A stretch of DNA of 64,000 nt. Origin: Raja brachyura. Taxonomy: Eukaryota. Numbering within the stretch: position 1 is the stretch's first letter; each line of letters begins with the position of its first letter. Below are positions 1-11,585 of this stretch, one piece after another. The stretch is taken from NCBI GenBank assembly GCA_963514005.1, contig CAUPSL010000915.1, positions 1 through 64,000 of the forward strand. Reading direction: 5' to 3'. The notes beneath the pieces were generated by a model that saw only the letters and a list, made by a program, of their open reading frames with translations, made no database searches and had not been told where the DNA came from. A program made the translations under genes and the position numbers.

Positions 1-234
1 AAATCTCTGCACCCTTCCCAAAGTATCCACATCTTTCCTGTAATGGGAACAACCAGAATTGCGCGTAATTGTCCAAACGTGTATTCAGGAAGTTTTACAA
101 AGCTGCATCTTGATATTATGACTCCCACATTCAATGCTCTGATCGATGAAGGCCTGAAAACCAGCCAATTTATTTCTCGCTCTATATACTTATAATGCCG
201 ATTATGTTAACAAATGGTGCAACCCTTATCACAT

Positions 235-1520
235 CACAGTTAAGGAGCGTGTTGGTTGCCCGGATATTGAACTGAAGACTGTGGCTCTCCGTCCATAGTA
301 CATGCTCAGGGAATTCTGACACGTCATTGTGGTGGCCGTTTAAATTCCTCCAACCCGCTGCGCGCGAGTGACGTCATCCACAAGACCAGACACCGCATCC
401 AAGTGCCTTCATCGCTATCTCGGGTGATGTCAATCACGTGACCTTGGACGTCACTCTGCTCTACTCAGTCTGTTGACTGTCCCACCAGGGATCTGAAAAC
501 ATTGGATCTGCTGTAAGCCAATGTTCAAGTGCAGTACAGTTCCATAACACTTCTGCCATTGGGAAGATCCTACCACAACCTGGTTCACCTCCGACCCAGG
601 CATAAGCCAACTGCCTGTGATCACAATGTCAATGACGAGGTTGCCATAGGGCTATGACGCTCAAGGTTTCATGGGTTTTCCAGGCTTTAAGGTCAGTTTG
701 TTGTCACACGTACCAACTAAGGTGCAATGAAATTCGTATTACCATTTCGAGGCCACAGACTGGAACACACTGTGTAGGCCCAATGTAAAGAGCATTGATG
801 GACTCACCGACAGTGTCAACAGCTACACAACATTCTGTGTGGATAATGTTGGCCACTATTATACACTGTACACTACTTCTCCAACAACAAGCCCATGGTC
901 ACCAATGACATAAAGGCGGAATGAAGAGCATTACAGGCTACAATATGGCTAGTGGCCTGTGGACGATAAGCAATCAGGATTGGGCCTTGAGCTAAACGTG
1001 TTTTTTACGAGATTTGATGGCGGAGTTTCTGCCCACCTCCACACCCCCTGCTGCACGACAGTTTCCACCCTCAATCCCCCTGTTCCACTTGCTCTGCACT
1101 TTCTTAGTCGCGTCTGACCATCAAGGCTGAACAGGTGAGGAAGGAAACTGAGCAGACTGAACCCAGGCAAAGCCACGGGACACGATTATGTCAGCCATAG
1201 GTTACTCAAGGCGTGTGCCAGACGGTTGTGCGAAGTACTCCAGCATATTTAAACATGGACCTGAGCCTAGACCTCCACCAAAATGCAGGACGGAACGCCA
1301 TTGGAGATCCTTCTTCCCTGTGGCTATCAAACGATTCAACTCCTTCCCCCTTCTATCCTGGGGCAGACTGAGACTGACTCCCCCGCTCCCCCACCTTATT
1401 TCCATAGCCCTAATCATTTCCACGTCACTTCAATTTAATGTGTTATGTATTTTGTGTTTTTGTGTTTTTTTATGACAGTTTCCCTCCTGGGATAAATAAA
1501 GTTATTCGCATCGTATCATA
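235..1520 (+). mobile_element. old, internally deleted Rex1/Babar-like LINE
   Basis: Degenerate endonuclease-region motifs (IVVAVxIPP, PLGxSxHNLV, NNKPW-like), C-terminal RTERHWRSFFPVAIKRFN, AATAAA and a tatcg-type tail. Confidence 0.55.
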
Positions 1521-1829
1521 TTGTTTTCAAGGAGCTATAGACGCATTAGATGCCTCGTTTTATCTATGCTCGTACAATCTCCCTGCGCTCCGTAGCAACC
1601 TGAATTCAGCTACCTAACACGATTCAATTTTGCTCCATAACTAAAGATAGCTTTATCATAGCTGGAATAGTCATTGCGTAATGAAAATCGGGTCCATTGT
1701 ATGTATCATTGGGTTGGCGAATATTAGCCACGGGGATAGATTTAGTTTAGTTTAGTTTATTATTGTCACGTGTACCGACTACTATTACAATGAACATCTT
1801 TTTGTTACGTGCAATTCAGTCAGAAGAAA

Positions 1830-3590
1830 GTCAGATAAATCCGCAGGGTTTGATGGCATCCATCCCAGAGTAGAAACATAGAAACATAGAAAATAGGTGC
1901 AGGAGTAGGCCATTCGGCCCTTCGAGCCTGCACCGCCATTCAATGTGATCATGGCTGATCATCCAACTCAGTATCCCGTACCTGCCTTCTCTCCATACCC
2001 CCTGATCCCTTGAGCCACAAGTGCCACATCTAACGCCCTCTTAAATATAGCAATAGTACTCAAGGATGTGGCGCTAGAAATTGTGCATGCGTATTCCAAT
2101 GTTTTATAGATTCTGGATCATTTCCTATGGTCTGGAGGGTGGCCAATGGAACCCCACTTTTTAAGAAAGGCGAGAAAGTGAAAACAGACAAATTACAGAC
2201 AAGTTGGCCTGACATCGGTAGTGAGGAAGATGCTTGTGCCGATTATTAAAAATGTATTAGCAGCGCATTTGCAATGCAGTGACAGGATCGGTCCAAGTCA
2301 GCATGGATGTACGAAAGGTAAATCATGCATGACTAACCTTCTGGAATTTTTTTGAGGATGTAACAAGTAGAATGGATTAGGGAGAGCCAGTGGATGTAGC
2401 GTATCTGGACTTTCAAAAAGCCTTTAACAAAGTCCCACACAAGACATCAGTGTGCAAAATGTGTGCACATGGTATTTGGGGCAGTCATGGATAGATAACT
2501 GGTTGGCAGACAGAAAGCAAAGGGAAGGAACTAACGGGTCCTTTTCGGAATGGCAGGCAGTGGCTAGTGTGTGGCCGAAGGCTCAGTGCTGGGACCCCAG
2601 TAACTTACAACATATATTAACGGTTTAGTCGAAGGAATTAAATGTAATATCTCCAAGTTTCGGATGACACAAGGCTGGTGTGAGCTTTGAGGAGGGTGCT
2701 ATGCGGCTGCAGGGTGACGTGGTTTGTTGAGTGAGCACATGCATGGCTGATGCAGTGTAATGTGGATAAATGTGAGGTTACTAACTTTGGTGGCAAGAAC
2801 AAGAAGGCAGATTATTATCTGAATGGTGTTAGGAGAGAAAAATGGGAGGTGCAAGGCGACCTGGCTGTCCTTGCACATCATTCACGGAAAGTAAGATTGA
2901 AGGTACAGCAGGCAGTGAAAATAACAAATGGCCTGTTGTCCTTCATAGTGAGAGGATTTGAATATAGGACCAGTGTCCCAATGCAGTTGTTCAGGGCCTT
3001 GGTAAAACCGCATATTGAATATTGTGTACAGTTTTGGTCTCATAATTTGAGGAACTGTATCTTTGCTATTGAGGTAGTGCAGCGTAGGTTCACCGGGCTA
3101 ATTCCAGGGATGGCGGGACTGACACGTGATGGAATAATGGATCGAATGGGATTATATTCACTGATATTTCGAAGGATCAGAGCGGGTCTTACAGAAACAT
3201 ATAAGGTTCTTAAAGGATTGGACAGGCTAGAAGCAGGAAAAATGTTCCAGATTTTGGGGGAGTCCAGAACCAGGGGTCATTGTTTAAGAATTAATGGTAG
3301 ACCTTTTAGTCCTGAGATGAGGAAAACGTTTGTCACCTAGAGAGTTGGAAATCTGTGGCATTATCTGCCGCATACGTCAATGGAGGCCAATTATCTGGAT
3401 GTTTTTAAGAGTTAGTTAGATTAAGTTCTGAGGGCTAAATAACTCAAGGGATGCGGGGATAGAGAATGAACGGGGTACTGATTTTAGATGATTAGCCGTG
3501 ATCATATTGAATGGCGGTGCTGGCATGCCAAGGGTCGAATTACCTACTCTTGCACCTAATTGTCTATGTTTCTAAGTATCTATGTATGTT
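1830..3590 (+). mobile_element. CR1-clade LINE fragment (RT, 3' end), with a minus-strand CR1 3' tail inserted at ~1870-2052
   Basis: YLDFQKAF, KCEV.., RPHIEYCVQFWS, SRTRGH motifs; ctatgttt tail. Confidence 0.88.
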
Positions 3591-4289
3591 TCCTTTGGTA
3601 CGTCGGAGGTTGAGGGAGACTCGATAAAAGTACATAAATTTACGTCAGGCGTAGATACAGATGACAGCCAGAACCTTTCCCCCCAGGGTAGAAATGTCAT
3701 AGACTGGAGGGCATAGGTCTCACACAGAGGGTAGTGGGGGCGCTGTCGGGGGCGGTGTTGGAGGCAGAAACGATAGTGGCGTTTTTTGTTCGTTTTAGAT
3801 GGATTTGCTGGAAATGGAGTGATATGGATTACGAGAGGGAGTGGGAGGGGGGGACGGGGATAGGGGAAGCGGGGAGAGCCGGTGGGGGGAGAGGGGGAGA
3901 GGAGGAGAGGGGAGAGGGGGAGTGGGGGGAGGGGGGAAGGCGGAGAGGAGAGGGAGGGAGAGGGAGTGAGGGAGAGAGGGAGAACGAGAGAGTGTGAGTG
4001 AGAGAGAGAGAGAGAGAGAGAGGGGAGAAAAGAGGTATAGAGGGAGGGGTAGAGGTAGAGAAGATTGATGGAGGGAGAGCGGGAGAGAGAGGCAAATCGT
4101 GGAAGATGGGGTGGAAAGTGCGGAGAGAGTCAGAGGAAGTGGAAGGAGGTAAAAAGATAGAGATAAATAAGTTAAACGGATAGAGACAGATAATCTGAAA
4201 TGAAAATGAGAGAATGAGAACAAGTAAATTCCACACATTTCGCCTGAGGTCACAATCGAACCCAGGTCTCTTATGGAAAAAGACAGAGG

Positions 4290-5921
4290 GAATAGACAAT
4301 AGACAATAGACAATAGGTACAGGAGTAGGCCATTCGGCCCTTCGAGCCAGCACCTCCATTCAATGTAATCATGGTTGATCCTCCCCAACCAGTACCCCGT
4401 TCCTGCCTTCTCCTCATATCCCCTGACTCTGCTATTTTTAAGAGCCCTATCTAGCTCTCTCTTGAAAGCACCCAGATAACCTGCATCCACCGCCCTCTGA
4501 GGCAGATAATTCCACAGACTCACCACTCCCTGTGAGTGAGTGTAAATGTGACCCCTGGTTCTGGACTACCCCAATATCGGGAACATGTTTCCGGCCTCTA
4601 GCGTGTCTAAACCCTTAACAATCTTATATGTTTCAATGAGATCCCCTCTCATCCTTCTAAACTCCAGAGTGTATAAGCCCAGCTGATCCATTCTCCGAGC
4701 ATATGAGAGTCCCGCCACCCTGGGAATTAACCTTGTAAACCAACCCTGCACTCCCTCAATAGCAAGATTCGATCCCTCTTGTTATGAAGGCCAATATGCC
4801 ATTCGCTTTCTGTAATGCCTGCTGTACCTGCATGCTTGCTGTACCTGCATGCTTACTTTCATAGAGTGATGTACAAAGACCCCCAGAACCCGTTGTACTT
4901 CCCCTTTTCCCAACTTGTCGCCATTTAGATAGTAATCTGCCATCGTGTATTTGCTACCAAAGTGGATAACCTCACATTTATTCGCATTAAACTTCATCTG
5001 CCATGCATCTGCCCACTCCCCCAACCTGTCCAAGTCACCCTGCATTCTCACAGCATCCTCCTCACAGTTCACACTGCCACCCAGCTTTGTGTCATCTGCA
5101 AATTTACTGATATTACTTTGAATCCCTTCATACAAATCATTGATGTATTTAGTAAATAGCTGCGGTCCCAGCACCGATCCTTGCGTTACCCCACTAGTCA
5201 CTGCCTGCCATTCTGAAAGGGACCCGTTAATCCCTACTCTTTGTTTCCTGTCTGCCAACCACTTCTCTATCCATGTCTGCACTCTACCCCCAATACCATG
5301 TGCCCTAATTTTGCCCACTAATCTCCTATGTGGGACCTTATCAAATGTTTTCTGAAAGTCTAGGTACACTGCATCCACTGGCTCTCCCTTGTCCATTTTC
5401 CTAGTTACATCTTCAAAAAATTCCAGAAGATTAGGCAAGCATAATTTCCCCTTCGTAAATCCGTGCTGACTCTGACCGATTCTGTTGCTGCTATCCAAAT
5501 GTTCGGCTATCAAATCGTTCATAATTGACTCCAGCATCTTCCCCACCACCGGTGTCAGGCGATAATTTCCTGTTTTCTCTCTCCCGCCTTTCTTAAAAAG
5601 TGGGATAACATTAGCTACCCATCAATCCACAGGAACTGACCCTGAGTCGATAGAACATTGGAAAATTATCACCAATGCATCCACGATTTCTAGAGCCACT
5701 TCCTTAAGTACACTGGGAAGCAGACCATCAGGCCCTGGGGATATATCAGCCTTCAGTCCAATCAATCTATCTAACACCATTTCCTGTATAATGCGGATTT
5801 CCTTCAGTTCCTCATTCACCCCAGATCCTCTGGCCACTACACTATCAGGAAGATTGTTTGTGTCCTCCTTAGTGAAGACAGATCCAAAGTACCTGTTCAA
5901 CTCATCTGCCATTTCCTTGTT
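4290..5921 (-). mobile_element. CR1-clade LINE fragment
   Basis: ORF 4782-5549: QHGF, YLDFQKTFDKVPH, GVTQGSVLGP, SKFADDTK; ctattgt tail; runs into a gap. Confidence 0.92.
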
Positions 5922-6514
5922 NNNNNNNNNNNNNNNNNNNNNNNNNNNNNNNNNNNNNNNNNNNNNNNNNNNNNNNNNNNNNNNNNNNNNNNNNNNNNNN
6001 NNNNNNNNNNNNNNNNNNNNNNNNNNNNNNNNNNNNNNNNNNNNNNNNNNNNNNNNNNNNNNNNNNNNNNNNNNNNNNNNNNNNNNNNNNNNNNNNNNNN
6101 NNNNNNNNNNNNNNNNNNNNNNNNNNNNNNNNNNNNNNNNNNNNNNNNNNNNNNNNNNNNNNNNNNNNNNNNNNNNNNNNNNNNNNNNNNNNNNNNNNNN
6201 NNNNNNNNNNNNNNNNNNGTAGGCAGAGAGAGGGGATATGGTGGAGGGAAGTGGATAGGGAGGGAGGCACGTAGGAGAGAGAGAGAGAGAGCGAGAGAGA
6301 GAGGGAGGGAGAGAGATGGAAGAAAGGGAGAGGGGAGCGAGAGGGTGGAAGGGGTAGAGAGATAGAGGGAGATAGGACGGAGAGAAAGGGAGAATGAACG
6401 TTAAAGTGGTAGAATGACAGTATGGAATGAAATTGGAGATTGAGAACTTGCAGACTCCACACAGACAGACAGCGCACCAGGTCAGCATCGAACCCCAGGT
6501 TTCTGTGCTGTGAC

Positions 6515-6930
6515 GGAGAGATAGAGGGAGCGAAGAAAAGAGCGAGAAGGGGTGAAAGAGGGAGAACGTGGAACGATGGAGGGAGAGGGAGAGATGGAGA
6601 ACGTGGAAAGATGGAGTGAGAAGTAGAACGTGGAACGTTGGAGAGAGAGGGAGCGAACGTGGGAGGATGGAGAGAAGGAGAGGAAGAAGTAACGAACGTG
6701 GAACGACGGAGAGGGGGAGAAGGAGAGGGTGAGAACGTGGAACGATGGAGACAGGGAGAGGGAGAAGGAGAGAACCTGGAATGATGGAGAGAGGGTGATG
6801 GAAAGGGAGAGCATGTGGAACGATGGAGAGAAGGAGAGGGAATTGGGACAGGGGGGGACGTGGAACGTTGGAGAGAGGGAGAGGAAGAGGGCGAGGGAAA
6901 GGAAGTGAATGTGGAACGATGGAGAAGGAG
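6515..6930 (+). repeat. purine-rich minisatellite (gaacgtggaacgatggagag... units)
   Basis: Recurrent ACGTGGAACGATGGAG core separated by GA-rich spacers. Confidence 0.75.
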
Positions 6931-7133
6931 AGGCTGAGATATATAGGGGGCTAGGGCAAGTGATAGTAGAGAGCGATACGTTCACACGAATAACCTGTCT
7001 TTCCGTGCCTTTAATCTCCCTTTTTCTCAGCCACTTTCTCTCACCCCCTCACACTTTCTCTCTCTCTTTCTCGCACTCGCTCTCCCTCCCTCTCTGCCTT
7101 CTCTATCCCTCTCCCTTCGTCTTCCTATTTCCC

Positions 7134-7175
7134 TTTATATACAATTCTCCTCCCTCCTTGCGCCCGGGACTTCCG
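7134..7175 (-). promoter_or_regulatory. candidate germline-transcript promoter 3' of D-beta (ETS site + TATA box)
   Basis: Minus strand CGGAAGT (7175-7169, overlapping kB-like GGGACTTCC) followed ~27 bp later by TATATAAA (7141-7134), pointing toward the expected J side. Confidence 0.35.
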
Positions 7176-7222
7176 TGGAAGCAGTAACTGCCCGGGTGTC
7201 GGTGACACGCAGAGGGGAGAGA

Positions 7223-7261
7223 GGTTTTTGTACAGGGACTGCATCGGATGGAAACACCGTG
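7223..7261 (-). other. 23-bp-spacer RSS (3' RSS of D-beta)
   Basis: Plus strand GGTTTTTGT (7223-7231) + 23 bp + CACCGTG (7255-7261), i.e. CACGGTG-23-ACAAAAACC on minus. Confidence 0.95.
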
Positions 7262-7273
7262 TCCCCCTGTCCC
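7262..7273 (-). other. TRBD: T-cell receptor beta D gene segment (GGGACAGGGGGA)
   Basis: Minus strand reads GCTTTTTGT-12bp-CACTGTG-[GGGACAGGGGGA]-CACGGTG-23bp-ACAAAAACC. The core differs by 1 nt from the conserved vertebrate D-beta GGGACAGGGGGC. The 5' 12 / 3' 23 RSS layout is TCR-type. Open in all three frames (GTGG/GQG/DRG). Confidence 0.96.
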
Positions 7274-7301
7274 CACAGTGTTCAATTGTCATACAAAAAG
7301 C
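7274..7301 (+). other. 12-bp-spacer RSS (5' RSS of D-beta)
   Basis: CACAGTG (7274-7280) + ttcaattgtcat (12) + ACAAAAAGC (7293-7301). Confidence 0.95.
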
Positions 7302-7477
7302 CTCCTCTCCTCGTACCCTCCCCTCCCTCCTCTCCATTCCTCCAGCCCACCCCTCCCGTCACCTCTTCTCCCCCCCCCGCCCCGCCCTCTCTTTCCCGCC
7401 CATCGTCTCTGCTCCCCTTACAGCCTCTCCTGGTTTCATCCCTCTCTCTCCCTCTATCTCTCTCTGTCTCTCTCCCT

Positions 7478-7519
<42 letters not shown>

Positions 7520-7789
7520 TTCGCTACCCCTTCCTTCCCTTCCCAGTGTTTAGCTTTTTCGTCGTAAACCAATCTCCGTCCTCCATGTCTGCTACCTCTC
7601 CATCTATATTCTTTCTCTTAGATTTCCTCTTTTCCCTCCCGCACCACTACTCTGATTTACCTCGTTTTCTCCTTTTCACCTTCCTTCTCCTTCTTCACCC
7701 CATTCTCCGTCCTTCTACGCCTCCTGATCAAGCTAATTTCACGAAACGCCATGCACTCCATCCCGACAGCACCGTCACCGAACAAACAC

Positions 7790-7808
7790 CACCGCCACCT
7801 GGCGGCCA
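7790..7808 (-). promoter_or_regulatory. CTCF-binding-site-like motif 5' of D-beta
   Basis: Minus strand TGGCCGCCAGGTGGCGGTG vs consensus TGGCCACCAGGGGGCGCTA (15/19, mostly tolerated changes), in a short unique island. Confidence 0.6.
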
Positions 7809-8039
7809 AGATAATCGATTAGATGAGTGGTTAATTGTCGTACAACCAATTTCATACCTGCAGCAGCACAACAGAAATGTAACAATAGTAATCTGGATAC
7901 ACTATAATAAACAATAAAATGATCTGTACGTCTGTCTGTATATCTGTCTATATTTCCGTCTTACCATCTATCAATCTATCCATCTATCTCTCCATCGTTG
8001 TCGGGGTCATTGGACAGAGTCGAGGACAGTCAATATACA

Positions 8040-9125
8040 ACAGACAATAGACAATATGTACAGGAGTAGGCCATTTAGCCCATCGAGCCAGCACTGCCAT
8101 TCAATGTGATCATGGCTGATCATCCACAATCAGTACCCCGTTCCTGCCTTCTCCCCATATCCCCTGACTCCGCTATTTAAGAGCCCTATCTAGCTTTCTC
8201 ATGAACACATCCAGAGAACCTGCTTGCACCGCCTTCTAAGGCAGATAATTCCACAGACTCACCACTCTATTTGAGATAAAAGTGTTTCCTCGTCTCCGTA
8301 CTAAATGGCTTACTCCTTATTCTTGAACTGTGGCCCCTGGTTCTGGACTCCCCCAACATCGCGAACATGTTTCCTGCCTCTAGCGTGTTCAACCCCTTAA
8401 CAATCTTATATTTCAGTGAGAAGCCCTCTCATCCTTCGAAACTCCAGAGTGTACAAGCCCAGCTGCTCCATTCTCTCAGCATTGGCTGTCCAGCCATCCT
8501 GGGAATTAATCACTCCCTCAATAGCAAGAATGTCCTTCCTGAAGTTAGGGGACCAAAACTGCACACAGTTTTCTGCAGGTCTCACTAGGGCCCTGTACAT
8601 CTGCAGAACGACCTATTTGCTCCTATATTCGATTCCTCTTGTTATAAAGGCCAACATACCATTCGCTTTCTTCACTGCCTGCCTACTTTCATAGACTGAT
8701 GAACAAGGACCCGCAGATCCCGTTGTACTTCCCCCTTTCCCAACGACGCCATTTAGATAGTAATATGCCTTCCTGTTTTTCCTACCAATGTGGATAACCT
8801 CACATTTATCCGCATTAAACGTCATCTGCCATGCATCTGCCCACTCCCCCAACCTGCCCGTCACCCAGCATTCTCATAGCATCCTCCTCACAGTTCACAC
8901 TGCCACCCAGCTTTGTGTTATCTGCAAATTTGTTAATGTTACTTTGAATCTCTTCATCCAAATCATTGATATATATTGTAAATAGCTACGTACCCAGCAC
9001 CGATCATTGTGGTACCCCACTAGCTACTGCCTGCCATTGTGAAAGGGACCCGTTAATCCCTACTGTTTGTTTCCTGTCTGCCAACCACTTCTCTCACCAT
9101 GTTAGCACCCTACCCCGAATACCAT
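8040..9125 (-). mobile_element. CR1-clade LINE fragment
   Basis: WADAWQM.FNADKCEV, CVQFWSP motifs; 3' tail at 8040. Confidence 0.9.
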
Positions 9126-9129
9126 CCCT

Positions 9130-9655
9130 CGGGAGCGGATTGTTTGTGTGGGAAGGGATGAGTTAACCAGGGAGTTGTCGAGGGTGCTGTCTCTGCGGGA
9201 AGTGTTGAGATGAGAGGATGTGGTTAGTGGTGGGGTCCCGTTCGATGTGGCGAAAGTGTTGAAGGAATATGTGCTGTAGCTGACGGCTGATGCGTGAAAC
9301 GTGAGGACTAGGGGGACTATGTCCCTGTTCTGACGGTGTGCAGAGGGAGCAAGAGAGGAACAGCGCAATACTGAGGGGACCCATGTGAGTGTCTCATCTA
9401 TGATGAGAGATAGGATCCCTGTTCCTTAAAGAAGGAGGATACCTAGGATGCCCAGGTATGGAACATCTCTAATTGGGCACAAAAGCGGCGTAGACTGGGG
9501 GATTGGGGGGTAAGGGATAGAATATTTCCAGGAAGCAGGGTGGGAGTATGTGCAGGTTGCTGCGAGATTCAGTAGGGTTATAATTGTTGTCAGTCGATAG
9601 TCTATGTCCTGTGGTGCAGAGGGTGATATCAAGAAACTGAATATCAAGAAACAGT
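9130..9655 (-). mobile_element. Penelope-like element fragment
   Basis: HPASWKYSIPY, RQNRDIVPLVLTFH, LQHIFLQHFRHIERDPTTNHI motifs of the PLE RT C-terminal region. Confidence 0.7.
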
Positions 9656-9904
9656 AGGATGATATCCGAGATAGTTGCCGGTCAATTTAAAATGTTACTT
9701 AGGGCTTCTAGAGGGATCTGTATCTATCTCTATACATTTATCTGTCTATCTATCTCTATCCATCTATCTCTATCCATCCATGTATCTTGGCCTGCCTGGG
9801 CAATATGCGCGGAAGGGTCCTTTTCCGCGCTGTACAACTCAATGATTGTTGCCCCGTGTTCAGTCCTTTGACGACTGTTAACCATTCTCCAATTGCATTG
9901 AAGG

Positions 9905-9965
9905 AACCGGGCGGGGCGGAGTTAGTGCCGCGCCTCCCGCGGCAGCTCTTCCCGCTTGACATTCT
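9905..9965 (+). promoter_or_regulatory. V-beta promoter region (GC boxes, CRE-like TGACAT)
   Basis: GGGCGGGGCGGAG at ~9909-9921 and TTGACAT at ~9956-9962, in a CpG-rich patch ~70-120 bp before the leader ATG. Confidence 0.45.
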
Positions 9966-10031
9966 CTCGTCTGTGCTCTGCCGCCACAGTCTCCGCCCGC
10001 AGTAGAAAGCGTTGCCGCGCAGTTTCCTGCG

Positions 10032-10077
10032 ATGGCTGGCAGTTTGCCCCTTTTCGCCGTGTTCTCGCTGGCTGTCG
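10032..10077 (+). CDS. TRBV: TCR V-beta leader (signal peptide) exon, MAGSLPLFAVFSLAV(G)
   Basis: gcgATGG Kozak context, hydrophobic 15 codons, phase-1 donor G|GTACGT that splices in frame to the acceptor at 11585. Confidence 0.8.
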
Positions 10078-10319
10078 GTACGTGTCATCTCTGATGTTAA
10101 ATTTATCCTTATTAAGCGCTGCTTCGGTCCCGCGCCGATAGTCGCCGGTCAATTGGAAATGTTACCTGGAGCTCCTGGCGGGCTGTTACGACTTTTAAGT
10201 TTAGGTTTGTGGGAACAATGGAAGAATCCGACACCGAACGCCACCCATCCTTTTTCGCCATAGATGCCAACTGGCACGCTGTGTTTCTCCAGCTCTTTGT
10301 GTCTGTCTTAGGTAGAAAA

Positions 10320-10680
10320 ACAGTTAGTTAGTTAATTCGTTCGATAGTTAGTTAGTTTGTTAGTTAGTTAGTTAGTTAGTTCGTTCGTTCGTTAGTTAGT
10401 TCTTTAATTAATTAGTTAGTTAGTTAGGTAGTTAGGTACATAGAGATAGAGAGGTACAGTGAGAGATAGAGACATAGATAGAGACACGGGTGGGTAGAGA
10501 GAAGAATACATGGGAAATACAAATAGATAGATAGATAAATAGTCAGCGATGCCGCTTATTAGATAGATAGATGAAAAGGTAGATATAAATGGATAGAGAA
10601 AGGTACAGGATAGGATATATGCAAAGAAAGGTAGACGACAGACAGACAGGCAGGCAGGCAAACAGGTAGAGATATAGGGT
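10320..10680 (+). repeat. (GTTA)n and GATA/GACA-type microsatellites in the V leader intron
   Basis: Direct inspection. Confidence 0.85.
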
Positions 10681-10681
10681 C

Positions 10682-10775
10682 TCTGAAGAAGGGTCTCGAC
10701 CCGAAACGTCGGCTATCTCCTTCGCTCCTTAGATGCTGCTGCACCCGCTGAGTTTCTCCAGCTTTTTGTGTAACC
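10682..10775 (+). mobile_element. short Penelope-derived repeat with a hammerhead-like core
   Basis: CTGAAGA-a-GGGT(ctcg)ACCC-GAAAC-GTC; near-identical reverse copy at 16557-16651. Confidence 0.65.
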
Positions 10776-10929
10776 CCAGGAAGAGATATATGATGCTTAG
10801 ATAGAGAGTAGGATGCATGAACGTAATAAATTGAGGTACAGATCGCGAGAGATACAGGTTGATGCAAGATAGATGAATGTGTACATAGAGATGGGCAAAG
10901 ATCGAAACACATAAATACAGACATCGATA

Positions 10930-11515
10930 CACTACCCCTGCACGACAGAGAGCATACTAACGTATAGCATCTCTGTGTGGTATCTCAGCTGCACGGAGGA
11001 GGAGTTGAGAGCTCTTCAGCGCGTCGTCCACGGAGCGCAAAAGATCAGTGGGACACCGCTACCAGCCTTGGAGGGCATCTACCACACCCGGTGCCTTAGG
11101 AAGGCCGTCAGCATCCATAAAGACTCCTCTCACCCTTGTAATGGACTGTTCCCTCCCTTCCGGCAGGCACTACAAGACCTTCTACGCCCGCACCTCCAGA
11201 CTCAGGAACAGCTTCATTCCAGAGCTATAGCGGCTCTGAACCGGCCCTGCTGAGTGTCCCCCCACCGCCATGGACTGTTACCCTCGGATGGTCACGTCGC
11301 ACAAACACATCTGCACTTTAGTCTGTTTTGGTTTTGACTGTTTTACTGTCCTAATGTTCTTTTCACAAACCTTGTTCTCGGGGTATGTAAACCTAAATTT
11401 TATTAGTTGTTTAAGTTATGAAATCGGATGGAGTTGCAAACCAAATCTCGTTGCACTTATGTGTGATGACAATAAAATATAATATTATTATAATTATAAT
11501 AATTATTATTATTTA
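10930..11515 (+). mobile_element. Rex1/Babar LINE 3' fragment in the V leader intron
   Basis: [26 protein letters not shown]; closely similar to 43820-44328; (ATT)n tail. Confidence 0.88.
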
Positions 11516-11585
11516 TAAATACAAATCTAAGTAGGGAGAGAGTCAGACAGATTGATTTGCCTCTCTTGCATTCCTTTATCTCTAG

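Noticed and set aside
3734-4526. Leu/Ser/Pro or Glu/Arg/Gly ORFs (also at 6200-7900 and 50600-52000)
   Set aside because: Translations of CT/GA microsatellite tracts
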